A DNA stretch of 64,000 nucleotides from Rhizobiaceae bacterium. Lineage in GTDB: Bacteria; Pseudomonadota; Alphaproteobacteria; Rhizobiales; Rhizobiaceae. The DNA lies in the NCBI GenBank assembly GCA_035556195.1, contig DATMFK010000011.1, forward strand, positions 24,900 to 88,899, given 5' to 3'. A program made the translations under genes and the position numbers. Shown here in pieces: positions 1-8,525 of the stretch (position 1 is its first letter; each line of letters opens with the position of its first letter). A model generated the notes under the pieces. It was not told the origin of the DNA. It was given only the letters and a program-made list of their open reading frames with translations, and ran no database searches.

Positions 1-909
1 ATTCCGCACCAGCACCGCCGCCACGATAATCAACCCCGTAAAAATATCCTGCAGGTAGTTGGGCACGCCGAGGATGGTGAGGCCGTTGGCGGCCACGGCG
101 ATGATGGCGGCGCCGAGGAGGGTGCCGAGGGCGTTGGCTTCGCCGTCGCGGAAGGCGGTCATGCCCAGGAAGGCGGCGGCGTAGGCCTGGAGCAGGAAGC
201 CGTTGCCGCCCGTCGGGTGCGCGCTGCCCAGCCGCGCCGTGAGGAGCAGGCCCGCAATGCCGGCGAAGAGCGTGCAGAGGCCGAAGGCCACAACCATGTT
301 GCGTGGGATGGGCACGCCGGTGAGCCTTGCTGCCTCGCGGTTGCCGCCGATGGCATGGATGCGCCGGCCGAGCTCGGTATGGTCGAGCACGAAGACGGTG
401 AGGGCGGTCATGGCAAGCGCCCAGAGGGTGAGGACGGGAATGCCGGCCACCGCGCCCCGGCCGAGATTGCGGAACTCAGGCGGTATGTTGGCGAAGAGGG
501 TGGCGCCGTTGCTCAACCAGAAGGTGGCGCCGCCCATGATGGTGCCCAGCGCCAGCGTCACGATGAAGCTCGGCATGCGGAAGCGCGCCACCAGAAAGCC
601 GCTGGCGCAGCCGATGGCGAAGGCGGAGGCGAGCGTGGCGATAATCGTCTGGGGCACGCCCCAGCCCGCGCCGAACAGCGTCACCGCCAGGATGCCGGCC
701 CAGGAAACCACCGCGCCCACGGAAAGGTCGAACTCCGACAGCGCCATCACATAGGTCGCGCCCAGCGCCACGATCGCCAGAAGCGACATCTGCTGCGTGA
801 TGTTGATGAGGTTCGAATATTGCGCGAAGGAGCCGGGCGAGAGGGCGGAGAACAGCGCGATGATGGCAAGCAGGCCGAAGAGGGTGCCGTAACGGGTGGT
901 GAGGGCCAA
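1..909 (-). CDS. Sugar ABC transporter permease (RbsC-like), 3' end runs off the window
   Basis: Manual translation from TTG at 909 (SD AAGAAGGA upstream): ALTTRYGTLFGLLAIIALFSALSPGSFAQYSNLINITQQMSLLAIVALG...SEFDLSVG...GGNGFLLQAYAAAFLGMT...LGVPNYLQDIFTGLIIVAAVL. Absent from the ORF track because it is truncated. Confidence 0.9.
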   Translation of the reverse strand, partial: MALTTRYGTLFGLLAIIALFSALSPGSFAQYSNLINITQQMSLLAIVALGATYVMALSEFDLSVGAVVSWAGILAVTLFGAGWGVPQTIIATLASAFAIGCASGFLVARFRMPSFIVTLALGTIMGGATFWLSNGATLFANIPPEFRNLGRGAVAGIPVLTLWALAMTALTVFVLDHTELGRRIHAIGGNREAARLTGVPIPRNMVVAFGLCTLFAGIAGLLLTARLGSAHPTGGNGFLLQAYAAAFLGMTAFRDGEANALGTLLGAAIIAVAANGLTILGVPNYLQDIFTGLIIVAAVLVRN

Positions 910-944
910 GCTGTTGTCCTTCTTATGGGGCTGGTGTGAAGGCC

Positions 945-1449
945 CCCTCATCGGCCTGCCGGCCACTTCTCCCCGCTGGGGAGAAGGAGGCCTGCCGCGA
1001 TGGCGGTTCGTAATGAGAGGCGTTGTTGTCTGATGATTGGTGGGGCGGCGGTTGCGAGGGCTCCCTCATCGGCCTGCCGGCACCTTCTCCCCGGTGGGGA
1101 GAAGGAGGGCTGCCGCGAGGGCGGTTCGTCATGAGAGGCGTTGGCGTTCGGTGATTGTGGGGCGGTCGTTGCGAGGGCCCCCTCATCCGCCTGCCGGCAC
1201 CTTCTCCCCGGTGGGGAGAAGGAGGGCTGCCGCGAGGGCGGTTCATCATGAGAGGCGTTGGCGTTCGGTGATTGCTGGGCGGCGGTTGCGGGGGCCCCCT
1301 CATCCGCCTGCCGGCACCTTCTCCCGCCGGGGAGAAGGAGGCTTGCCGCGATGACGGTTGGCAATTTGGGGCGGTCGTGATTGGCGAAATCATATCGGCC
1401 GTCCTTCTTCTCCCTCGCGGGGAGAAGTGGCCGGCAGGCCGATGAGGGG
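945..1449. repeat. Tandem array of four REP-like family-A palindromes (period 117-118 bp) plus one inverted copy
   Basis: CCCTCATC(G/C)GCCTGCCGG(C)CAC(C)TTCTCCC-N-GGGGAGAAGG starts at 945, 1063, 1180 and 1297; inverted copy at 1407-1449. The spacers are diverged copies of each other. Confidence 0.95.
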
Positions 1450-2943
1450 GGCTTTGCCAGAATCGGCAAACGTCGCCGTCAGCACGTCCTGCCGGGTGAG
1501 GCTTTCGGCGGGCGCGTCGAGGGCAACCGTGCCGTGGGCGAGCACCACGATGCGGCCGGCCAGCATGAACAGCTCCTCTATGTCGCTGGTGGCGAAGACG
1601 ACCGGCGTGCCGCGGGCCGCGAGTTCGCGGCAGAGCTGGTGGATCTCGGCCTTGGAGCGCACGTCCACGCCGCGGGTCGGCTCGTCGAGCAGGAGAAGCC
1701 GCGTCTCCTCCGAGAGCCAGCGGCCGATCAGCACCTTCTGCTGGTTGCCGCCGGAAAGCGTGGCGATGCGGTCGGAGAGCCCTGCGAATTTGGCGTTGAC
1801 GGCGCCGAGCATGGCGCGCGCGCCGCGCCGCATGGCCGGGCGGGAAAGCACGGGCAGGCGGGGCAAAGCGCGGTAGCGGGGCAGGCGCGGCAGCACGGCA
1901 TTGTCGAGCACGGAATGGCTCATGATCAGCCCGGTCGAGCGGCGGTCCTCCGGCGCGAAGGCGACGCCGGCGCGGATGCGGGCTGCGATGCCGGAAGGCG
2001 GCAGAGCTTGGCCAGTGATGGTGATCTCGCCCCGCGCGCCGGGGTTGGCGCCCCAGATGGATTTGAGCAGGCTCGAGCGGCCGGAGCCGACGATGCCGTA
2101 GAGCCCCACGATCTCGCCCGAGGAGACGGTGAGGTCGACCGGTCTGCGATGCGGGCCGGCGGCGAAGCCGGAAAGGGTCAGCACCGGGGCGCCGGTGGCG
2201 GGCAGGGCGGAGGGGCGCTGATGCGACAGGGCCTGCCCCGCCATCATGGCCACGATCTCGTCGCGCGTCGTGCCGGCAAGCTCGCCTTCGCCCACGGTGC
2301 GGCCGTTGCGCAGCACGGTGTAATCCTGCGCCACCTCGAACACCTCGTCCATGCGATGCGACACGAAGATGACGGCGCAGCCCGTTTTGGCGAGATCGGC
2401 CGTCACCTTGCGCAGCGTGGCGGCTTCGGCCTCGCTGAGGGATGCGGTGGGCTCGTCGAGCACGAGGATTTTCGCGTCGTCCATCAGCGCGCGCAGGATC
2501 TCGACAAGCTGGCGCTGGCTGACGGAGAGGCGGCGCACGGGAATGTCGAGCGGCAGGTCGAGGCCGAGGCGCCGGCGCACGGCATCCATGCGCGCCCGCA
2601 TGCCGGCCCAGTCGATCAGGCCGAAACGGCGCAGGTAGGGGCGGCCGACAAAGGCGTTCTCATAGGCCGTGAAGCCGGGGACGAGATTGAGTTCCTGGTG
2701 GACGAAGCGCATGCCCGCGGCTTCCGCCTCGCGCGGGTTGCGCGGATCGAAGGGCTGGCCGGAAAGGCGGATCTCGCCGCGGTCCGGGCGGTAGGCGCCG
2801 GAGAGGCATTTGAGGAGCGTGGATTTGCCGGCGCCGTTCTCGCCGAGGAGGGCGTGGACGCGGCCGGCAGCGACGGAGAGGCGCACGCCGTCGAGCGCTG
2901 CGACGCCGCCGAAGTGCTTGGCCAGGTTGGTGATTTCAAGCAT
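1390..2943 (-). CDS. Sugar ABC transporter ATP-binding protein (RbsA-like, two ABC domains)
   Basis: GENGAGKSTL Walker A, LDEPT twice, LSGGNQQK signature. Start moved to MLEITNLAKHF (2943) because the ORF-track N-terminus translates a repeat. Confidence 0.93.
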   Translation of the reverse strand: MLEITNLAKHFGGVAALDGVRLSVAAGRVHALLGENGAGKSTLLKCLSGAYRPDRGEIRLSGQPFDPRNPREAEAAGMRFVHQELNLVPGFTAYENAFVGRPYLRRFGLIDWAGMRARMDAVRRRLGLDLPLDIPVRRLSVSQRQLVEILRALMDDAKILVLDEPTASLSEAEAATLRKVTADLAKTGCAVIFVSHRMDEVFEVAQDYTVLRNGRTVGEGELAGTTRDEIVAMMAGQALSHQRPSALPATGAPVLTLSGFAAGPHRRPVDLTVSSGEIVGLYGIVGSGRSSLLKSIWGANPGARGEITITGQALPPSGIAARIRAGVAFAPEDRRSTGLIMSHSVLDNAVLPRLPRYRALPRLPVLSRPAMRRGARAMLGAVNAKFAGLSDRIATLSGGNQQKVLIGRWLSEETRLLLLDEPTRGVDVRSKAEIHQLCRELAARGTPVVFATSDIEELFMLAGRIVVLAHGTVALDAPAESLTRQDVLTATFADSGKAPLIGLPATSPREGEEGRPI

Positions 2944-2983
2944 GGGGGGAGGAGGAGAGATGCTGGGCGCGTATCGCGGGCCC

Positions 2984-3160
2984 CCCCTCATCCGACCTCG
3001 CTTCGCGAGGCCACCTTCTCCCCGTGGGGGAGAAGGAGAAGCTTGGCACCGACGGATCTGGAACGCGGCAAACGTTGGCGATTGGCGCAGACCTTCCCGC
3101 CACGCTCCCTCCTTCTCCCCCACGGGGAGAAGGTGGCCGCGAAGCGGACGGATGAGGGGG
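2984..3160. repeat. Family-A REP doublet (inverted pair)
   Basis: CCCCTCATCCGACCTCGCTTCGCGAGGCCACCTTCTCCCCGTGGGGGAGAAGG (2984-3036) and an inverted copy (3111-3160). Confidence 0.93.
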
Positions 3161-3171
3161 TGCCACGCCAG

Positions 3172-4089
3172 TCACTGCCCGCAGGTCACGCCCAGGCTCG
3201 CCCGATCAACCACCGTCGCCTCGACAAAGATCTCCTGCTTGCTCACCGGCTTGCCTTCCAGCACGTTGCCGATCTCGGCCACGGCCGCCCTCGCGATCCC
3301 TGGGAAATCCTGGCGCACGGTGGCGACGAGGTTGGTGCATTGCTTGATGAGCTCCACCGCCTGCGGGTTGCCGTCGATGCCGGCGATGATCATCTTGGCG
3401 TCGGGCGCGTCGCTCTGCTGGGCGAGCAACGCGCCGATGGCCGGCTCGTCCCAGGCCGCCCATACGCCGTTGATCTCGGCCCCGTGCTGGCGGATGAAGG
3501 TTTCCATGGCCAGCCGCGCATTGTCGATCGGGCCGGGCACCTGCACGTAATGCTCGGCGATCACCTTGATGTCGGGATGGGATTCCAGCGCCTTGTCCAG
3601 CGCGAGTTCGCGCTGGCGCACGCCGGGATGCGCCGAGTGGAAGAATTTTACGATGTTGCCCTTGTTGCCGAGCTGCTTGAACAAATAGTCGGAGAGGATT
3701 GTCCCCAGCGCGAAATTGTCGGTCGTGATGTTAGCGACGATGCCGGGCGCGATGGCGCCGTCGAGCGCGACGACGGGGATCTTCTTCTCCGCCGCCGCGG
3801 CCACCTGGTCGGCGATCTGGTTGGGGTCGACACTCACCAGCACGATCGCCTTCACGCCGGCATTGGTGACGTCCTCGACGCGGCTGGCGAGCTGCTGGAA
3901 GTCGCCGCGCGTGTCGACCACATTCACGGTCCAGCCCTTGGCCTCGGCGTCGGCCTTGAAGGTCTCGACCATCTCGTTGGTGGCGACCGAGCTGATGTAG
4001 GGCGTGAGCACGGCCACGTCCTCGGCCTGGGCCGTGCCGGCGAGCAGCAAAGCGGCGAGGCCGGCCAGCGTCGATAGAGTGCGTTTCAT
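3172..4089 (-). CDS. Sugar ABC transporter periplasmic substrate-binding protein
   Basis: Signal peptide MKRTLSTLAGLAALLLAGTAQA, RbsB-like motifs (ANITTDNF, IAGIDG, ATVRQDF), SD GGAGGAG upstream. Confidence 0.92.
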   Translation of the reverse strand: MKRTLSTLAGLAALLLAGTAQAEDVAVLTPYISSVATNEMVETFKADAEAKGWTVNVVDTRGDFQQLASRVEDVTNAGVKAIVLVSVDPNQIADQVAAAAEKKIPVVALDGAIAPGIVANITTDNFALGTILSDYLFKQLGNKGNIVKFFHSAHPGVRQRELALDKALESHPDIKVIAEHYVQVPGPIDNARLAMETFIRQHGAEINGVWAAWDEPAIGALLAQQSDAPDAKMIIAGIDGNPQAVELIKQCTNLVATVRQDFPGIARAAVAEIGNVLEGKPVSKQEIFVEATVVDRASLGVTCGQ

Positions 4090-4109
4090 TGTCGTTCTCC
4101 TCCGGAAGA

Positions 4110-5543
4110 TCATGTCAGGGAAGGCGCGATGTCGCGCGCGAATCGGGAAGCCTCGCAATAGGCGCGGTAGCGCCGCGCGGCGCGTTCGGTGTCTTGCGGC
4201 GCGGTTGTCTCGGCCTCGTGCTGCGGCTCGACCTGCGCGAAGCCGAGCTCGCCCGCCACCATGCGATAGATGCCGAGCGCCGGCACGTCGCGGCTTTCCG
4301 GCGGCACGCTCACGCCGCGGCCGAGCGTATCGGCGAGCAGCTGCCGCATGAGCCGGCTTCGTGCACCGCCGCCGATTGCCGTGAGGGGCGAGACCGGCAG
4401 GCCGGCATTTTCCAGATTGTGGCGCACGGCGAAGGCGATGCCTTCCAGCACGGAGCGGCAGAGCGCGGCCGGCCTGTGATTGCGGTCGAGGCCGAGAAAG
4501 GCGCCGCGCACCGCCTGGTCCTCGAAGGGCGAGCGCTCGCCGGCGAGATAGGGCAGGAAGAGCGGGCCGGATTTTTCCGCCTCGGCCGCTTGGAGCAGGG
4601 TCTCGACGGGAAGGGCGGCGATGTCGGCCAGCCAGTCGAGCGCCGAGCCGGCGGTGAGGAAGGGCGAGATCAGGATGGCGTGGTCGGGGCGGATCGGGTC
4701 GGCCAGCGTGTAGATGTCGCGCGGCGGGTCCGCTTCGTCGAGCGTGGTGGTGGCGGCCACCCAGCCCGTCGTGCCGAGATAGACATAGGCCGAGCCCGGC
4801 CGGTCGGCGAAGGCGCCCCAGGTGGCGGCCGCGCCGTCGCCCGCGCCGTTGAAGACGGGGATGCCGGGCTTCAGGCCGAGTGCTGCGGCGGGGGCTTCGA
4901 GCAGGCCGGCGACCACCGCATCGGCCGGGAGGATATTGGGCAGGCGCTCGAGCGAAACGCCGGCTGCGGCTGCGAGGCCGGCATCCCAGGCGCCGGTGCG
5001 GATATCGAAGAGGCCGGTGGTCGTGGCCGTGGTGGGGTCGATCACGCGCTGGCCGGTGAGTCTTTCGATCACCGCGTCCTTGGCGCCGAACAGGAAATGA
5101 GCATTTGCCGCTCCCGCCGGGTAGTAGTGGTCGAGCCGCATGAGCTTGAGGATCGGATGGGCGGCGTCGAGCCGGTTGCCGGTGCGCAGCCCGTAATCGT
5201 CGGGCAGCTCCCTGCCCAGCGCTTCCACGTCGGCCGCGTCGAGCCGCCGGTCGGAATAGAGCACGGCGGGACCGGCCGGGGTGCCGTCGTCGGAGAGGGC
5301 GATGAGGTTCTGCATCGAGCCGGAAAGCGCGATCGCCGCCACGTGCTCGCGCCGTGGCAGGGCGGCGGTGGCGGCGAGCGCCGCCTTCCACCAATCCTCG
5401 ACATTCTGCTCGGCCGAGCGGTCGGTCGCGGTCGCCGTCGGAACCGGACTCGACGCGGCCGCGACGACCGCGCCCGTGCGGGAAAACAGCACCGCCTTGA
5501 GCGCCGAGGAGCCGACGTCGAATATGAGCAGAAGATCGTCCAT
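4110..5543 (-). CDS. FGGY-family carbohydrate kinase (xylulokinase-like)
   Basis: FDVGSSALKAVL, GAGDGAAA, FLPYLAGERSP, AIGGGARS motifs. Confidence 0.9.
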   Translation of the reverse strand: MDDLLLIFDVGSSALKAVLFSRTGAVVAAASSPVPTATATDRSAEQNVEDWWKAALAATAALPRREHVAAIALSGSMQNLIALSDDGTPAGPAVLYSDRRLDAADVEALGRELPDDYGLRTGNRLDAAHPILKLMRLDHYYPAGAANAHFLFGAKDAVIERLTGQRVIDPTTATTTGLFDIRTGAWDAGLAAAAGVSLERLPNILPADAVVAGLLEAPAAALGLKPGIPVFNGAGDGAAATWGAFADRPGSAYVYLGTTGWVAATTTLDEADPPRDIYTLADPIRPDHAILISPFLTAGSALDWLADIAALPVETLLQAAEAEKSGPLFLPYLAGERSPFEDQAVRGAFLGLDRNHRPAALCRSVLEGIAFAVRHNLENAGLPVSPLTAIGGGARSRLMRQLLADTLGRGVSVPPESRDVPALGIYRMVAGELGFAQVEPQHEAETTAPQDTERAARRYRAYCEASRFARDIAPSLT

Positions 5544-5683
5544 TGCTCGCCAAACCTTTGGAATGCCGAATCCCGCAGGCGGGGCGGGATGTCAATCGGG
5601 GCGGGGCTGGGTGGGGAAAAATTGTCGGGCTTGGCGGGGTGGTGGTTCTGGGCGGTTGGGCGGCTGTCGGAGACGGAACGGAA

Positions 5684-5868
5684 TGGATACTCGGATCACC
5701 TCGCTTCGCTCGGGTCCGAGTATGACGAAGCTTCCATGGCGAATGCCAATCGTCGACGTCGCGTTGGGTCAGGCCTGCTGCGCACTCGCAAACGTTGGCG
5801 ATTAGCTGGGCACATAAACGCCGTCGTCATACTCGGACCCGAGCGAAGCGAGGTGATCCGAGTATCCA
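5684..5868. repeat. Family-B CGTC-tagged REP doublet, left of the GIY-YIG gene
   Basis: TGGATACTCGGATCACCTCGCTTCGCTCGGGTCCGAGTATGACG at 5684-5727 and its exact reverse complement at 5825-5868. Confidence 0.95.
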
Positions 5869-5942
5869 TTCCGTTCCCTCGAAACTGCCGCAACGCTGCA
5901 ATCACGGATTGCAAACCGGCATCCGGAATGTACCATCGCCCC

Positions 5943-6230
5943 ATGACCGGCTACGTCTACATGACCGCCAGCAGGAAGCGCGGCACGATCTATATCGGCG
6001 TCACCAACGACCTCGGCCGGCGCATGCCCGAGCACAAGACGGGCGAGGGGTCGCGCTTTACCAGCCGCTACGGCGTCCAGTGCCTCGTCTGGTACGAGGA
6101 GCACTTCGACATCCGCGACGCCATCCAGCGCGAGAAGACGCTGAAGCACTGGCCGCGGCAATGGAAGATCGAGCTGATCGAGAGTCTCAATCCGGAATGG
6201 TTCGAGCTGTTTCGTGGGACGGGGTGGTAG
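5943..6230 (+). CDS. Small stand-alone GIY-YIG nuclease (95 aa, YhbQ/UPF0213-like)
   Basis: MTGYVYMTASRKRGTIYIGVTNDLGRRMPEH...AIQREKTLKHWPRQWKIELIESLNPEW: GYVY and YIG motifs with conserved Arg, His and Glu. It is the C-terminal end of track ORF 4089..6230. Confidence 0.93.
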   Translation: MTGYVYMTASRKRGTIYIGVTNDLGRRMPEHKTGEGSRFTSRYGVQCLVWYEEHFDIRDAIQREKTLKHWPRQWKIELIESLNPEWFELFRGTGW

Positions 6231-6268
6231 TTCTGCACCGTCAGGCGCGCTGCCGCCAGGTAACGGAA

Positions 6269-6417
6269 TGGATACTCGGATCACCTCGCTTCGCTCGGGT
6301 CCGAGTATGACGAAGCTTCTATGGCGAATGCCAAACGTCAACGCCGGTGATTAGCCGAGCACATCAACGCAGTCGTCATACTCGGACCCGAGCGAAGCGA
6401 GGTGATCCGAGTATCCA
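6269..6417. repeat. Family-B CGTC-tagged REP doublet, right of the GIY-YIG gene
   Basis: Same 44-mer at 6269-6312 and its reverse complement at 6374-6417, identical to the left doublet copies. Confidence 0.95.
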
Positions 6418-6504
6418 TTCCGTTCCGTTGCGGCCGAACGCCCGACCTTGCAGAACTCGGCCCGTCTCCCGCTCACGTTCGTGTCGAGATAAAATCAAGA
6501 AAGT

Positions 6505-6638
6505 GAATCGTTCGGAATCATAAGGGCTTGTCAGCGAATCCAGTCTCTGATTCTTTGGCCTTGAGCGTTTCCTGATTTGAGTCGTTTGACGCGTTCGTTG
6601 CGGTCGGTGCCGTTAGGTGCCGGCGGGGACTTCGATTC
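6505..6638. promoter_or_regulatory. Cluster of six GANTC (CcrM methylation) sites upstream of ddl
   Basis: GAATC 6505, 6515, 6536; GATTC 6549, 6634; GAGTC 6579. Confidence 0.6.
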
Positions 6639-6687
6639 AACTTTCGGGAAGCTTGGAGAGGCGCCTGTCCGAGGGGATTGACGGGGT

Positions 6688-7614
6688 ATGAGTAAGAAGC
6701 ACGTGGCTGTTCTGATGGGGGGATTTTCCTCCGAACGGCCTGTGTCGCTTTCGTCGGGGGCGGCTTGCGCCGATGCGCTGGAAGCCGAGGGCTATCGCGT
6801 CACGCGCGTCGATGTCGGTCGCGATGTCGGGTCGGTGCTTGCCGCGCTCGGGCCGGATGTCGCCTTCAACGCCCTGCACGGGCCGTTCGGGGAGGACGGC
6901 ACGATCCAGGGCATCCTTGAATATCTGGAGATTCCCTACACTCATTCCGGCGTGCTCGCCTCGGCGCTCGCCATGAACAAGGAGCAGGCCAAGACGGTCG
7001 CCAAGGCGGCGGGCATTCCTGTCGCGCAATCGAAGGTGATCGATCGCTTCACCATCGTCGACAAGCATCCGATGAAACCGCCCTATGTGGTGAAGCCCGT
7101 CAGCGAGGGATCGAGCTTCGGCGTGGTCATCGTCAAGGAGGATCAGTCGCATCCGCCGCAGATCATCGCTTCGCCCGAATGGCGCTACGGCCCGCAGGTC
7201 ATGGTGGAGCGCTACATCCATGGCCGGGAGCTCACCTGCGCCGTGATGGGCGACGTGGCGCTGGGCGTCACCGAAATCATCCCGATGGGGCATTCCTTCT
7301 ACGATTACGACTCGAAATACGTCCCTGGGGGCTCAAAACACGAATGCCCCGCAAAAGTTTCACCGAATATTTACCAAAAAATACAGACACTGGCGCTCAA
7401 GGCGCACCAAGCGATCGGCTGCCGGGGCGTGTCCCGGTCGGACTTCCGCTACGACGACCGTCACTCCGAGGAGGGCGAGCTCATCTGGCTCGAAGTCAAT
7501 ACCCAGCCGGGGATGACGCCCACGTCGCTGGTGCCTGAGATTGCCGCCCAGGCGGGGCATACGTTCGGTGAATTGTTGAGTTGGATGGTGGAGGACGCTT
7601 CGTGTTTGCGTTGA
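6688..7614 (+). CDS. ddl: D-alanine--D-alanine ligase
   Basis: [38 protein letters not shown] motifs; directly upstream of ftsQ. Confidence 0.97.
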   Translation: MSKKHVAVLMGGFSSERPVSLSSGAACADALEAEGYRVTRVDVGRDVGSVLAALGPDVAFNALHGPFGEDGTIQGILEYLEIPYTHSGVLASALAMNKEQAKTVAKAAGIPVAQSKVIDRFTIVDKHPMKPPYVVKPVSEGSSFGVVIVKEDQSHPPQIIASPEWRYGPQVMVERYIHGRELTCAVMGDVALGVTEIIPMGHSFYDYDSKYVPGGSKHECPAKVSPNIYQKIQTLALKAHQAIGCRGVSRSDFRYDDRHSEEGELIWLEVNTQPGMTPTSLVPEIAAQAGHTFGELLSWMVEDASCLR

Positions 7615-8525
7615 GGTCGGGACGGAATCGAAGGATTGCCGGCCTGCTCGGTTTTTCCTATTCCGACGAGGGGCTCGTGCTGCCGCGCCTGCTGCGCCGG
7701 CCGGCGCGCGTGCTTTCGCGCCTGACCAGCGGCGAGATCGTTCCGCCGCGCTATTCCGCCACGATCATGAGCGCCGCTTTCCTTGGCGTCACCGGCCTCT
7801 ACGGTTCCTATCTCGGCGGCCATATCCCGACCATCCTCCAGACGATCACGTCGCGCACCGGCTTCGCCGTCGACCAGGTGCGCGTGACCGGCCATCGCGA
7901 GACTTCGGAGATCGACATCCTCGACAAGCTCGAGCTCGATGGCTGGACGTCGCTGATCGGCTTCAACGCCGAGGCAGCCCGCGAGCGCGTGGCCAGCCTG
8001 CCCTGGGTCGAGATCGCTTCGGTGCGCAAGGTCTATCCCGACACGCTCGAAGTCCACATCGAGGAGCGCAAGCCCTTCGCCATCTGGCAGCAGGGTCGCG
8101 AGCTGTCGATCGTCGACGCCAAGGGCAGGGTGATCGCGCCCTTCAATGGCGGCCGCCATGCCGGCCTGCCGCTGGTCGTCGGCGTCGGCGCCGCGCAGGC
8201 CGCCGACGCCTTCGTGAAGAAGGTCAAGGGCTATCCGGAGCTCGCCGGCCGCGTGAAGGGCTATATCCGAGTCGCCGACCGGCGCTGGGATCTCTGGCTC
8301 GACAACGGCGTCACCGTCAAGCTGCCGGAGCAAGGCGAAGACCGGGCCATATCAGCACTGCTGGAGATGGATCGCGAGGAAGGGCTGCTCGCGCGCGACA
8401 TCAAGTCGGTCGACATGCGCTTCTCCGACCGGGTCGTCGTGCAGCTCACGCCGGATGCGGCGGAGCGCCGCGCGGAGATGCTGGCCGAAATGGCGAAGGC
8501 GCGCAAGGCGGGGAAGAGAATATGA
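7602..8525 (+). CDS. ftsQ: Cell division protein FtsQ
   Basis: Transmembrane segment plus POTRA-like region ([22 protein letters not shown]); GTG start at 7602 after GGAGGA; dcw position. Confidence 0.93.
   Translation: MFALRSGRNRRIAGLLGFSYSDEGLVLPRLLRRPARVLSRLTSGEIVPPRYSATIMSAAFLGVTGLYGSYLGGHIPTILQTITSRTGFAVDQVRVTGHRETSEIDILDKLELDGWTSLIGFNAEAARERVASLPWVEIASVRKVYPDTLEVHIEERKPFAIWQQGRELSIVDAKGRVIAPFNGGRHAGLPLVVGVGAAQAADAFVKKVKGYPELAGRVKGYIRVADRRWDLWLDNGVTVKLPEQGEDRAISALLEMDREEGLLARDIKSVDMRFSDRVVVQLTPDAAERRAEMLAEMAKARKAGKRI

Noticed and set aside
945-1338. Repeat array as a CRISPR
   Set aside because: The spacers are copies of each other, the repeats are about 43-bp REP-type palindromes found elsewhere as doublets, and there are no cas genes
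2944-2961. Strong SD-like GGAGGAGGAG followed by ATG on the plus strand
   Set aside because: The frame only translates repeat sequence and runs antisense to the operon; there is no supporting homology
2944-3123. 60-aa N-terminal extension of the ABC ATPase in the ORF track
   Set aside because: It is translated REP sequence; the ABC domain begins at 2943
1381-4077. 898-aa plus-strand ORF, and similar long ORFs (8261..10159, 15953..18436, 49398..51674 and others)
   Set aside because: Antisense shadows of well-supported genes in high-GC DNA, with no recognisable motifs
4089-5942. 713-aa ORF as a long fusion with GIY-YIG
   Set aside because: The upstream part is antisense to the kinase or made of repeats; only the last 95 aa look like a protein
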